From: Capitella teleta
Taxonomy: Eukaryota
Assembly (NCBI GenBank): GCA_000328365.1
Contig: KB303236.1
Coordinates: 202,266-237,122, forward strand
Direction of reading: 5' to 3'
DNA: 34,857 bases
Within the stretch, counting starts at the first letter, position 1. Each line of letters starts with the position of its first letter. Both the position numbers and the translations under genes were made by a program. Below are positions 1-11,400 of the stretch, in pieces. The notes under the pieces were generated by a model, which was given only the letters and a program-made list of their open reading frames with translations, made no database searches and had not been told where the DNA came from.

Positions 1-228
1 CACAACTTTAAAGTTGCCATGAACTCTCATGATCCGCATGAATATAAAAATAAAGCCTATTGAAACGATTTGTAACGCACGAACTGCTCAATAAGTCTTT
101 AGAAACTGTCTGAAAATAACATTTCAATAAATGACCCAGATTAATAAAAACTATTTAGATGTATTGTTGCTGGATATATGAATAGCTCTTTAATTTCATG
201 AGACTTGTGTGTGAGAGTTGAGTGAATA

Positions 229-262
229 ACTCGCGATATTTCGCGATATCTCGCGATATTTC
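229..262. repeat. Short tandem repeat (TCGCGATAT(T/C))x3.4.
   Basis: tcgcgatatttcgcgatatctcgcgatatttcg. Confidence 0.6.
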
Positions 263-1255
263 GTAATTATTTCCTTGACTCAACAATCTAACCCAGCTGG
301 ATAACAATTAAAACTTCCTGTTGCAAATAACTCAACAATCTAACGCATCCGGATGACTTAATCCATCCGCGAGGCCAAAATTACAATAGAATGCTTCATC
401 TATATCTTATCATATCTCTGGCCTCAACGCTATTAATTAAATTAATCCTTTGTATATTATACATAATATAATTATTACCTAAACATGCACCATTGCACGT
501 ACACTCGTGTAGTGCCAATACATGCATGTGCTGTACAATATTTTGAACGTACGTACATCATGATTATTCATGATGCATGTAATCTATAATATCGATTATT
601 ATTTTATAAATTATTCCTATTATATCGTTCAAATAAAGTTCACCAATTATGTGCCAAAGCTAAAACAAAGTCCCAGTGTGCAGAGGTCAGGATCGCCCGG
701 TTGAATGCACAGTTGTTCACTTACACACGGATTGTGACGTCACCATGCTCGTCCAGCATGTGAGGCCTCCCTGTCCTTCCTCTACGCGACATGGACATCA
801 TTAGGATGCATCCAAAACAACACCTCGGGTGACCGTGTATGTTGGAATGATTGCAGTGGGCTAGCAACCCATTTTATATCACAATGCCATGGGACGAGAC
901 GTCTGCCGAATTGTTTCCTGGCACCATGCCAGGAAGGGCACGAGTGATCACTCGTGCAAGATATGAGTGAGCAACGATGTCCTGAGTCCCCATCACATGG
1001 TCTCCTGTTGCCTGCAGTGCCTAGAATCCATGGAAATAAATTGAAGCCTTGTTTGGAATGCAATTTTAGGCCGCATAGTGCCGCCTCCGTATGAAATGTG
1101 CGTCAAGAACAATAAAGAGTAAAATCATGGCGCAATTGGTGCTCTTGTACGGTGGACGTTCTGTAAGCTGGTAAGAAACATCACATGCATTGATGCATTT
1201 GAAGTTCATCTGTACTTTGAAGCATCGCAGCTCAGTCAATAATGACGCATTGGCA

Positions 1256-1395
1256 CCAAAGGAGTGCGTTATGATTACCTTGGATTTGCGCCAAAAGAGT
1301 GCGTTATGATTACCTTGGATTGGCGCCAAAAGAGTGCGTTATGATTACCTTGGATTGGCGCCAAAAGAGTGCGTTATGATTATCTCGAATTGGTT
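1256..1395. repeat. Minisatellite of about 3.8 copies of the 36-bp unit CCAAA(A/G)GAGTGCGTTATGATTACCTTGGATT(G/T)GCG.
   Basis: Direct tandem copies are visible in the sequence. Confidence 0.85.
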
Positions 1396-1676
1396 GAAAT
1401 GTTTATGGGAGAATATGACGCAATGCTCACCCGTATGGGGAATGCTGATGCAAGCGCAAGATAACAAGCTTCACATGTATTTATTTTGTACTCATGTTGA
1501 TGACAGATGAGAATCACGGTTTGTCACGATTGCATCGTTTGTTCCCACGGGTTTTGGCTATTAGCTATGTATAATTTTAAAGTTTGAAAAAAAAAAAAAA
1601 AAGTCTTCTCGATATATGCCTCTGATATATATGCATGTTGGCAGCACCGGGGGTCCCTATTTTATTATGATGAACT

Positions 1677-1817
1677 CTGACCTCTCAGCGCTACCTCTAG
1701 AATATATTTCAAGTGTTCATATTTCAATTCCTAATTGATACCAGTTCATATTTCATTCTCGTCTACAGTTTGTGTTCACAAAAATAGCCAAAAGAGAATA
1801 AATGAATGAAATTTCAG
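1677..1817 (+). repeat. 141-bp dispersed repeat, copy A, in the PARP4 3' flank.
   Basis: CTGACCTCTCAGCGCTACCTCTAGAATATATTTCAAGTGTTCATATTTCAATTCC...GAATAAATGAATGAAATTTCA is about 96% identical to 6030-6170. Confidence 0.75.
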
Positions 1818-2128
1818 GTATTTATTTTGATATCAAACTCTTGCAATATGCCACATGCAAGTTAAAAACCATAAAAATTTATTAATACAAATATGACATA
1901 AATGCACTATTAGTATTATAATAAGATGGGCATAAAAAATGCTCATGTTAAATTTCTGGAATTGATGCTGCTAGTTAAATAATCAGAATAAATTGAAAAT
2001 AATTGAAAGCTCTTGGATAACATACAAACAAATAAAGACAGAATTTATCCAACAAACATTACATTAATTTTTTTTTTTTCTTTACAAAAAAAAAAATCTT
2101 CAAAAATCAAAAACTCAGAATTTGGTCA

Positions 2129-2424
2129 TCAAGACTCAGATTTCCTCGCAAAAAATTCTCTGTTCACGAAATTAGACCAGCTTTGACCTAATTCCAGAGA
2201 GGAGCACACCATGGGGTGTTGGCGTTCCACGGCATAAACAAAGTTGAATGCCCTTTCCAGACAACCACGCTGTTCCTTCCCCATGCGGTCAAGGATCGGA
2301 AGCCAATCCGAGAATCCCCTCTCTCTCAAGGTCACTTCGTGGATTCGTTCGCATATTTCGAGAATTCTGAAGATTGCCATCCAAGTGAAAACAGCTCTCG
2401 TCACCAACTGAGCGATCGACGCCC
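2129..2424 (-). CDS. PARP4: PARP4 terminal exon ([29 protein letters not shown]...[40 protein letters not shown]).
   Basis: The acceptor is tttgttttcaag. The stop TGA lies at 2131-2129. It matches the human C-terminus LDLIATMLVLQFIRTRLEKEG...AFEAIKQASEW...RLELGNDWDSATKQL. Confidence 0.75.
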
Positions 2425-5400
2425 CTTGAAAACAAACAGAAAATCGTCGTTAGAATTTGAAAACATTTTTTTTTCTTACCAAGGGATTTTAGTCCCGCTT
2501 CGTGTAGAAGTGCAAGGCATTTGGCCGGATCAACATTCAGGCAGCGAACAAAATCATTGCAGTTGATAGGAAAGGAACCGTCCTAGAAATCAGTACTACG
2601 ATGAGACATTCCAGGAAACATGCACACAAACCTCCCACTGGTAAGGCAGAATGTCTTGGAATGAACATGCATCCGCTGTAAATTAATAATCTACAATTAA
2701 AAAAAACAATTTTTAAATTGGTCTTCAAACCTTTCTTTTTCTTTTTTAATTTAATAGACAAATCCTTGGGTTTCACTATTGAAAAAAAAGAACCATTTAA
2801 TTCAAAATAAGTGAATACCAAAGAAATTACACAACAAACCACCTTCGATCTGAATAGGGTCGCAACTGAGAAGAAACCAAAGATAATATTTGATGAATTT
2901 CCCCACTGCACTCACCTCTTCCCGTCAGCTGAAAATTCTTCCGGCAGGACAACATGGGACTTCCTGGCCGTCTGCCTCGTACGCGCTCCTCTGCTCTTCA
3001 CAACAGGAGCCATCTCCATGGCAACCAAATCAGTGACATTTGACACAGCAGATTTGGCAACCCCAGGAACAGGAGCAAGATCTCGCGAAGGAATTCTCGG
3101 TCCCCGGCCTCTTGCTCCGCATTTTGTTTTGCCTCGAATAATTTGAGGAGGGTCAATCTCCATGGCAACCGACTCAGTGACATTTGACCCAGAGAACAGA
3201 GCAGGTTTGGCTGGGGCGGCTAAACTGAGCAGATCAGTAGATTCACAGGGAGCCACCCTTGGCCTAGCCCCTTGAGGAATACATAGCCAACGACGAACAG
3301 GCACAGAGTGAAGAGGAGGGGGAGCAGGAGGTCCAGAAAGACAACGAGAAGGAGGAGGAGGAGGAGGAGAGCCAGAAAGACGAGGAGGAAGAGGCCCAGA
3401 AAGACGAGGAGGATGAGGAGGCACAGAAAGACGAGGAGGAGGAGGAGGAGGAGGAGGTCCAGAAAGAGGAAGAGATTGGTTTGATGGCCCAATAGAGTCA
3501 GCCATGATAGGCTGTCTGCTGGGTTGTTTCAAGTCCACGGACGCAGCAGAGGTGGGCGAGGAAAAGCTCTTCTTCTTATACAGCAGTGTGTCCATTTGGG
3601 GAGAGGAGCCAGGTTGATCAGATACAAATTGAGGAGAGTCAATCTCCATGGCAACTGACTCAGAGGCGGCTGATGCGGCTAAACCTAATGTAAGATCAGT
3701 AGAGGCAAAGGGAACTGCTCCTGCCACCGGAGGAGAAACAGGTGCAGAAGGAATCACACGACGCAGACAAGGAACAGAGCGAAGAAGAGGGGCAGAGGGA
3801 GGGCTAGAAAGAGATGCAGGAGGAGGTCCAGAAAGAGGAAGAGGAAGAGATTGGTTTGATGGCCCAATAGAGTCAGCCATCGAAGGCTGTCTGCTGGGTT
3901 GTCTCATGTCCAAGTACCCAGCAGAGGTGGGTGAATAACTAGGACTGACATCAGAGGCAGCGCACTCATATATTTCTTCAATATCGCACGATGAAATGTT
4001 CTTCATCTGCAGCATGTCCATTTGGGGAGAGGAGCCAGGTTGATCAGATCCAACTAAAAGGATTAAATTATGAGCAAATTGAAGAGGCAACCGGAAAAGA
4101 AAAGAACAGATGCAGAGAAATAAATCATAACTGCAATTAACTCAATGAGACATAAATTAAACCAATCATAAATAGAACCAAAGATTCTAATATAACAGTG
4201 GGCGACGTCTAAATGTCTCTCCGGTTGCACTAACTTTTGCAACAGTGCGTTTGTTTTGGGCAATTCGTGGTTGCATTATGACTTCAGTCAAATCTCGATA
4301 TACGGTCAATTGCTATAACGACGGCCGCGCTTAACAGCAGCATTTAGCATGTGACGAATCTATATCCATGTTAAGCACCTCGTTATATTACTATATTATA
4401 CCTGATTTTCCTGCGATGCGAATTCTCTGCGAAGACGTGTCAAGGGACGGCATGGCATGTTTATTAGAAGAGAGGAATCGTCCTTTTGAAGACGAATCAC
4501 AAAACAAGAACAGAAATGCCGCACAATCATTAGCACGATCAACGGTCAATTTGTCACTCACGAGGGGAGCGTGACCCTTCTGATCTCTGTGACCTTTGGG
4601 GAGGAGGATGGGCTGTCAAGGGCAAAGGGAAGAACATTAGAGGAGAGCGATGGACTTTCTCCTCACCAATTTCAAGAGCTTCCTTGACTGCCATTCTAGC
4701 GGCTGGCATCGGCTTGGGGGCGAGGCACGACCTATCACCAAATAAATCTGCACTGTCTGCACTGTCAACACCGCGTTTCACTTGTCGTGTCAGTATTTTC
4801 ATCTTCGGAGTCTGTGCAATCCTTTCGTCGTCAATTATCAACTCAGGCTTCTGGTCCATAATTGGAGCAGATTGCTTCTCAAACTTCCTTACTAGCGCAG
4901 AATCTACAACGGAAAGAAAGTAAATCAACACGCTACACAACATGCTGCTAGTTCACCGAGAGCCCCTCCTCCTCCTCCTCTGTCTCCTCCCATCGATGCA
5001 TCGATCTGGGAGCCAACGTAGCTGTCCTTTTGTCCCATGCCAACCATGACTCCTTGGTGACGAGGTCTTCCCACCACGCTCGCAACAGACACACGTGGAA
5101 GCGCTTCCCCAGCAAACCCCGCCGTGACCGTCAAGGAGCCCATGTGCATCACAACTGACCGCTCTTCAACGCTCTCTTCCTTCGCTTGACATCCATCAGT
5201 TTCAAATTCGTCATTATAGTAACTTTCATTGTTTTTCATTTCTTCACCAAAGCTTTGGTAACAAAAGCCAAATAAATCGTCTTCGGATTCGGATTCAGAC
5301 GACTGAAACGTACGCAGAAATGTAATACATATGTAATATAATCAAATGTCAAAATAGACAATAGATTAAATAGATTAACCTTTGCAGAATACATGACCCA

Positions 5401-8400
5401 CACATGCAATAAAGTATCAAAATCAATAGGCATCGTATATAAGGCTTCTAAAATATTCAATCCGCAAGCACTATGCATGTTATACAGAGTGCAGGGCCAA
5501 AAGTAGTCTCATCTACTCCATGTTAAAAACAGAAATTAAAAAAAACCAAATACCTGATATGGATTGACTATAGGTTATTGTGCACCCATTTATGTGAAGA
5601 AATTGCTACAGCACTCACAAACAATAGAATTGTTCGTTCATCCTATAATAGTAATTTGAAAAGAATAGCATTGGATGCACAAAGATAATAAATAATGCGT
5701 ACGATTTGAACGACTGGCGTAAAAAAATATTTTGTTTCCTGCCGTCTGTCGATTGCTGCGCAGCATCGTATTATTCCTAAAAAAACATTGATTTTTACTT
5801 GGCTTTTGTTTTATGATTTTTATCCTTTTCATTGTTGTTATTTCTTGGGTGGATCATTACATAATGCGATATGCTACGAACCAGAATAACGACAGAGGAA
5901 TTTGGATTCTAATAATATATTCTCAATATATTAAATGCTAAATTAAATTAAAAATAGCACAAACAGACCTATAATTCTGGACAATAATATTCCAACAATG
6001 GTGCTTTTTTTAGTTTATAATAATGCACCCTGACCTTTCAGTGGTACCTCTAGAATATATTTCAAGTGTTCATATTTCAATTCCTAATTGATACCAGTTC
6101 ATATTTCATTCTCGTCTACAGTTTGTGTTCACAAAAATAGCCAAAAGAGAATAAATGAATGAAATTTCAAGTATTGATATATAATATGATTTTTGTAGTT
6201 TGAACACCAGAACATTACACAGAGAGATGGATTCTTCACGGAAACTTCAATTTGGTCGCCAAAAATTGAATTCGGAAATTAAGGGAAACGGATTAATAAG
6301 TCCAATTAGCGTTGTGGCAGATCGGTCGCCAAGCATCAAGTCGGATTAATGAGGGTTGACTGTACATTTTATGTGGATGGTGAAGGGATTGTTCTTTCTA
6401 TTGATGGCGATGGTTCTGATATGAACAAAGCCACTTGACGAAATCAATAAATGCAAAGAAATAAATAAAATCAACAAATAATCAACAAATAATCAAGTAA
6501 CTAATTAAAGTGAAAACAGGAATAAGAAGAAAACTGTTCTCACGGATTCACTCTCAGTTGAAGTGTCGTCGAAATAATCGCCAACGTATTCACCAATCTC
6601 CTCAATTAAATCCTTCGTGTGATCGTCTTTCAGCAAAATGGCATTATAATCAGCGCCGTGAAGTTCTGGATAACGCATGAGTTCTTTCGCTCTGTCAAAG
6701 TCATGTTTCACAACAACCAAGAATCGCATGTACACGAGAACAGCCTAAAGAAAAAAAGAAAAAAAGAAAAAAAAAGAAACAAAACATGAATTGTACAGAC
6801 AGCATGTAGCCTCTGACCACTGCATTCTGAGGGTCATAAATGTCACTCTTGGCCATTTCAACGACTCTTTCGTAGAGGTCTTCTGCCTGGCCGATGGCTG
6901 TGCTTTCCAATCGAGCAGCGTCTTTTAAAACCTCCTGGAGACTCTGTTTCTATATGTGGCACAAATTCGAGGATAATTATTCCGTCTTTTATTGATTTCT
7001 TATAAACCTGAACATTAGCGGGATCTTCGCCATCCCAGGGAACGCTGGGTAATATATCCACGTCCTCCTTCTCTTCCAACTCCTGGATCTGATCTGAGAA
7101 ATCGTGGCTCGCGTCTTCGTTCTGAAAATAAAATTACGCTTAAAACAAATCAAACTTTTGAGCACAAAAGATTTGCGCACAGCATCTCGTTCTTCAACGG
7201 CAACAAAACTCGTGAACTGCGTGACGATCGAGTGCTGGATGCTGAGGTTGATGACATAATCCTTGCGTTTCTTCTTCATTACCTGCAAAACAAATCGCGC
7301 TCACTTCGTTATCTCGCTTGACCTGAGCTGACCTCATGCTGCAGGCGACCAGCGTCCAAACTGCCGTCCTCCCAATCACCAATGACCGCACGAGCGGCTA
7401 AGCGGTGAAGGACTTGACCCTCAGTGATGCTGAGGTCAGAAGTGGACACCACTGTGGATACTTCCTGGTCATCCACCACCGCTCGGATTGTGGCCTGCAA
7501 AGAACACTGTTGGTCAGCGATACTGAGGTCACAGCAGATCTGACCATTGTGCAATTGTTCACAAAGCCGTAGATCACTTGTCGTGATCCACTAAACAGCG
7601 AAGAAATCGTTTCTGGTGCCTGGATGGGGCTCCGGGCATTCGACCAATCAACAGAGACGGAGGAGAGCCCAGGCTGCCTGGCTCTCTGCATTTGCTGCTT
7701 CACTTTGCTTTCCCATTTCGATTTGGATTTTGAATCAAAGAACTCAAACGCCCCACAGCCAGCGTTGGCTACGGAACGCAACATGTGCTTATTGGCTGAG
7801 GAACTATAGAACAAAGTGAAAATGCAGGATTCATCCTCAGTCTTACAACGCTCACCCAACGCCCATCGCAAACACGCGGGTGGCGTGAGATCTCTCTCTG
7901 ACCAACCGCAAGAGTCCGTCCTCAATGCTGAGGTGGCCATCGGAAAAGAGGAAGACGTTCTGCAGACAGCTGTTGAGGAGTGAGCACGACATCAGAGCAC
8001 GCAAGGCGTTGGTGTTGCCCATATTGGCTTCCACTTCCTGTACGTGAAATGAGAAAGTTCAAGAGGTCATCACTGTCATTAATCTTACGTTGATGAATTT
8101 CTCTGCGTGCGAAACATTGATTCTTGTCGCTGGCTTGGGACACGGAAACAGCTCATCGAACCCTGGGAGAGAAAAATGTGAATTTCAAAAGAAGGAGAAA
8201 GTTGGATGAAATACCGGAGCCAAACACCATGACGTTGAATGCTGCGTTTGGAGGAACATGTCGGAGGCTGAGGAGCAGAGCCTTCTGTCCATCTCTCAGA
8301 GCATCTCCACGCATAGAATTAGAGAGATCTAGAATGAAGATGAACTCAAGCACATCAACCGCACTGGCTTCAAACTCAGGATAAAACGTCAGCATGCACG

Positions 8401-11400
8401 CCTGCAATTAGCCGTGAATAAAAGACGTGCGGAACAGAGCAGCGCTAACCTGGGAGTCGTGAGTGGGGTGTCGTTCGACCCACATACGAGGCACGTGAAT
8501 CTCAGCTAGGTCAATCAGGAGCTGCAGTCCATCGGCTAACGATTGATTCTTGTTCATTTCAACAACAGCGTGGGTCGCAGTTTTCTGAAGAAGAAGAATA
8601 GAAAAATTATAAGAATCAATTCAAATTGCGGTTGTGAATACCTTAATTCTGACAGAGTGGGTGGGACACTTGATAGAACGGATGTCGAACGGCATCTGTA
8701 TCGCCACCTGTACGCTGATGTTCCGGAAGTCACTCGGGCGAACTTTGACGGTGTCAAGGTCACTTTGGATAACCTCATCGAGGGAAGCGTCCTGCTTCCA
8801 GGGTGCGACAGAACCAGGGACGTTGAAGACGATGCTCTCGCCTTCCACCTGCACCTCTGCCACGTACGTGATTTTGATGAGGACTTGTGCGTTCGGAGGA
8901 AGGTTTCCAACGCTAACAGTGAAAACGTCCTGAACGCAAAACAATCAATGATCAATGCATTGAATCCACGCAATCTGCAACCAACCGGGGTCTCCACGTC
9001 CTGGTCCATGAGGTATGCTCCGTGGCCGGCAGAAATCGCTTCCCGGTATTCCCTGTGCGCCGTTTCCTTCTCCTTCACAACTCCAACGATGTGTTTGCCA
9101 TTGATGAATGCTTCGAATCCACACACGGCCGCCATCTCGCTCAGAGGAAACACGTATTTAGCTTCAATGGAGGAGTTTGCTTGGTTGTGATATGTCTGCA
9201 GAACCACTACCTGTCAACGGTTTCTTTGATTAGAACCAAACAAGCAGAGCAGTCGACTTACCTGAGCAGCTAAATCGAGGAGTTTTGCATGAACACGAAC
9301 AGACTGCAGGGGTACAGGAGCGTCTGCATTGGAGAGCAACCCAGCTTCAATTTTAGAAGCAGGGTCCACGATGTTCTGAACATCATTGATCGACACTGAA
9401 ATGAAAAATTGAAGCATCCACAATGAGCTCAGCGTGGCGAACCTTTCTCTTTCTCCTGATCATCCGTCTGCAGGTTGCCCTCAACAGCGATTGCTTCGGT
9501 CGATTTCAGTGGATGTAACGCATCGCCGGGAAGCGTGAATTCGATGACGTAAGATAAACGGTGTTGATTGTTGTCATAAATCACAAACTCGTCATCCGTG
9601 AATTCTGTCTGAGCGGATTCGGTTGATCGCACAGCGTGGCAGCTGTCGTAGCCTTCGGGCGCAGATTTCAATGAAAGATCACGTTCCCTGAACTCACAGC
9701 ATTCTCCGAGAGCAACATCCGCCAGGAGCATTAACCGGGACCCTTTGCTCTGTGACGGTTTCGAGTACTTGGCACTGGTGCTGTCAATGAACATAAATTA
9801 TAATTATAATTACAGAAAATTAAATAAAAATAATCATGTCATAGCCGGGTCACGAACCTTGAGGCGTCAGCGAAATAGATGCCACTGCCGAGCATGCCAG
9901 GGTCAGTACGCATTCCTCCAAAGTCATCGACCACGACACGAGGCAAGAGAAGGCCTCTGAAATACGCTCGTCAGATTCAATCTGAAACGTCCAATGCTAA
10001 ACAGACCGAGAGAGAATTCCCACAAAGTTCTCCACACTTGATGCGTGAAAGAGAAGCTGCAAATTGCCAAGATCAGAACGGAAGTTCAATCGCTCGGAAT
10101 TCCTTTGCAGGGAGAAAGCGTTGATGACGTTCATCTTGCTCTCCCTGAGTACAGACGTGTGAATACACACAGAGTTCATTCAGTGCACTGACCCCAGATG
10201 TTTCTCTTGGACATAGTTGTTGATGAACGACACTTCTTCTTGGTTCAATGTAGCGATGTGGCACTGCAGGGCCTTGTACTTGGCTTCCACTGAGCTCCGT
10301 TTCGACCAGTTGCTCGCTTCACTCACTGCCACAAGATCGCGGATCAGCTGGAAGAGGAGAAAATAAAGTTACATAATCTCGCGAAATGCGCATGACTGAG
10401 GCACCTGGCAGAGGTCTTGCTTGCGGGAGATGGTCTTCTTTGTATATATGCTGCAGACGTGTTGCGACTGATGTGGCAAGTGTTTGTAGAATTCATCGCT
10501 GAGAGCTTCGATGTTCCCTTCCTTTGTGTCCAACGCCTCTTTGATCTCCAAAAGGACAGATTCTGCCTTCTCAATCTGAGAGAAAAAAAGAAGAAAAGAA
10601 AGCTGACAAACGAGAACTCTCAATTCTACCTGTTCATTCTTGATTGAAGTCAAGGCAGGTAAAATAATTTCTTCCAATTTCCCAAGAGCTTCCTGCCAAA
10701 TGTGCTCCACAAGAGAGGCGACTCCTTCGTCCAGTTCTTCATCATCGCACAGCATCATCATCTCCTGTAATCATCAAATGACGGCAATTTCTACAATCAG
10801 AAATTTTACTTTACCTGTCTGTATTTCTCAGAGCCAATCTTCCGCGAAATCGATTTTGTGGTTTTAATGAAATTGATCGGAGGATCTGATTGCGCTTGAT
10901 ACAAGTGGCTGTAGATGGCAATCGCTTCCTTTGCGGATTTCGCAAATCGTATTTCTTTTGTGCCAAATTCTTTGCCCTGAATGAAAACACCATTTCAGTC
11001 ACGGGGGATGCCAAAATTGTTCCAACACACCGGTTCATGTTGAAGCGTCCCAAAATGAGAATGAACTCGATACTGGTAACCATCGGCAGCTCTTTCCTCT
11101 GACGCAACGTGCAACTCCAAAACGTAGAACTGGCTTCTCTTCAAAGCCTCCTTCTGAAAAAGAGAAATAGATTTCTGTTAGCTGAATTCCTCAAGCTTTG
11201 CTCACTTTGAACTGGACGCTTTTAGCAATTTGAAAATTCCGCTCATGGAAGAAGGGAATATTGCTGTCGGTCGGACTCCACACATGAACAGAATTCATGT
11301 TCACAGAATACGACACCTTCGCAGGCTTCTCTCCAGCATTGTCCCGGGGCGCTAAACACCGAATGAAAATGACGTGCAAATAGAAAACTTCCTTCGGACT

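Noticed and set aside
782-1329. Minus-strand ORFs of 93 and 87 aa near the 36-bp minisatellite.
   Set aside because: They have no homology, are Cys/His/Trp-rich with random composition, and partly span tandem repeats. They are not supported as genes.
2216-2566. A 116-aa plus-strand ORF ([14 protein letters not shown]...).
   Set aside because: It is antisense to the PARP4 terminal exon, whose protein matches the human PARP4 C-terminus. It is spurious.
3220-3938. Poly-Leu ORF (3220-3492, minus) and Arg/Gly-rich ORF (3648-3938, plus).
   Set aside because: They are alternate-frame or antisense readings of the (GAGGAG)n and proline-rich PARP4 exon. They are low-complexity artefacts.
8543-9190. 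A 215-aa plus-strand ORF ([14 protein letters not shown]...) and a 99-aa ORF at 8634-8933.
   Set aside because: They are antisense to the conserved PARP4 VIT-domain exons. They have no homology and no splice context. They are a by-product of codon bias on the opposite strand.
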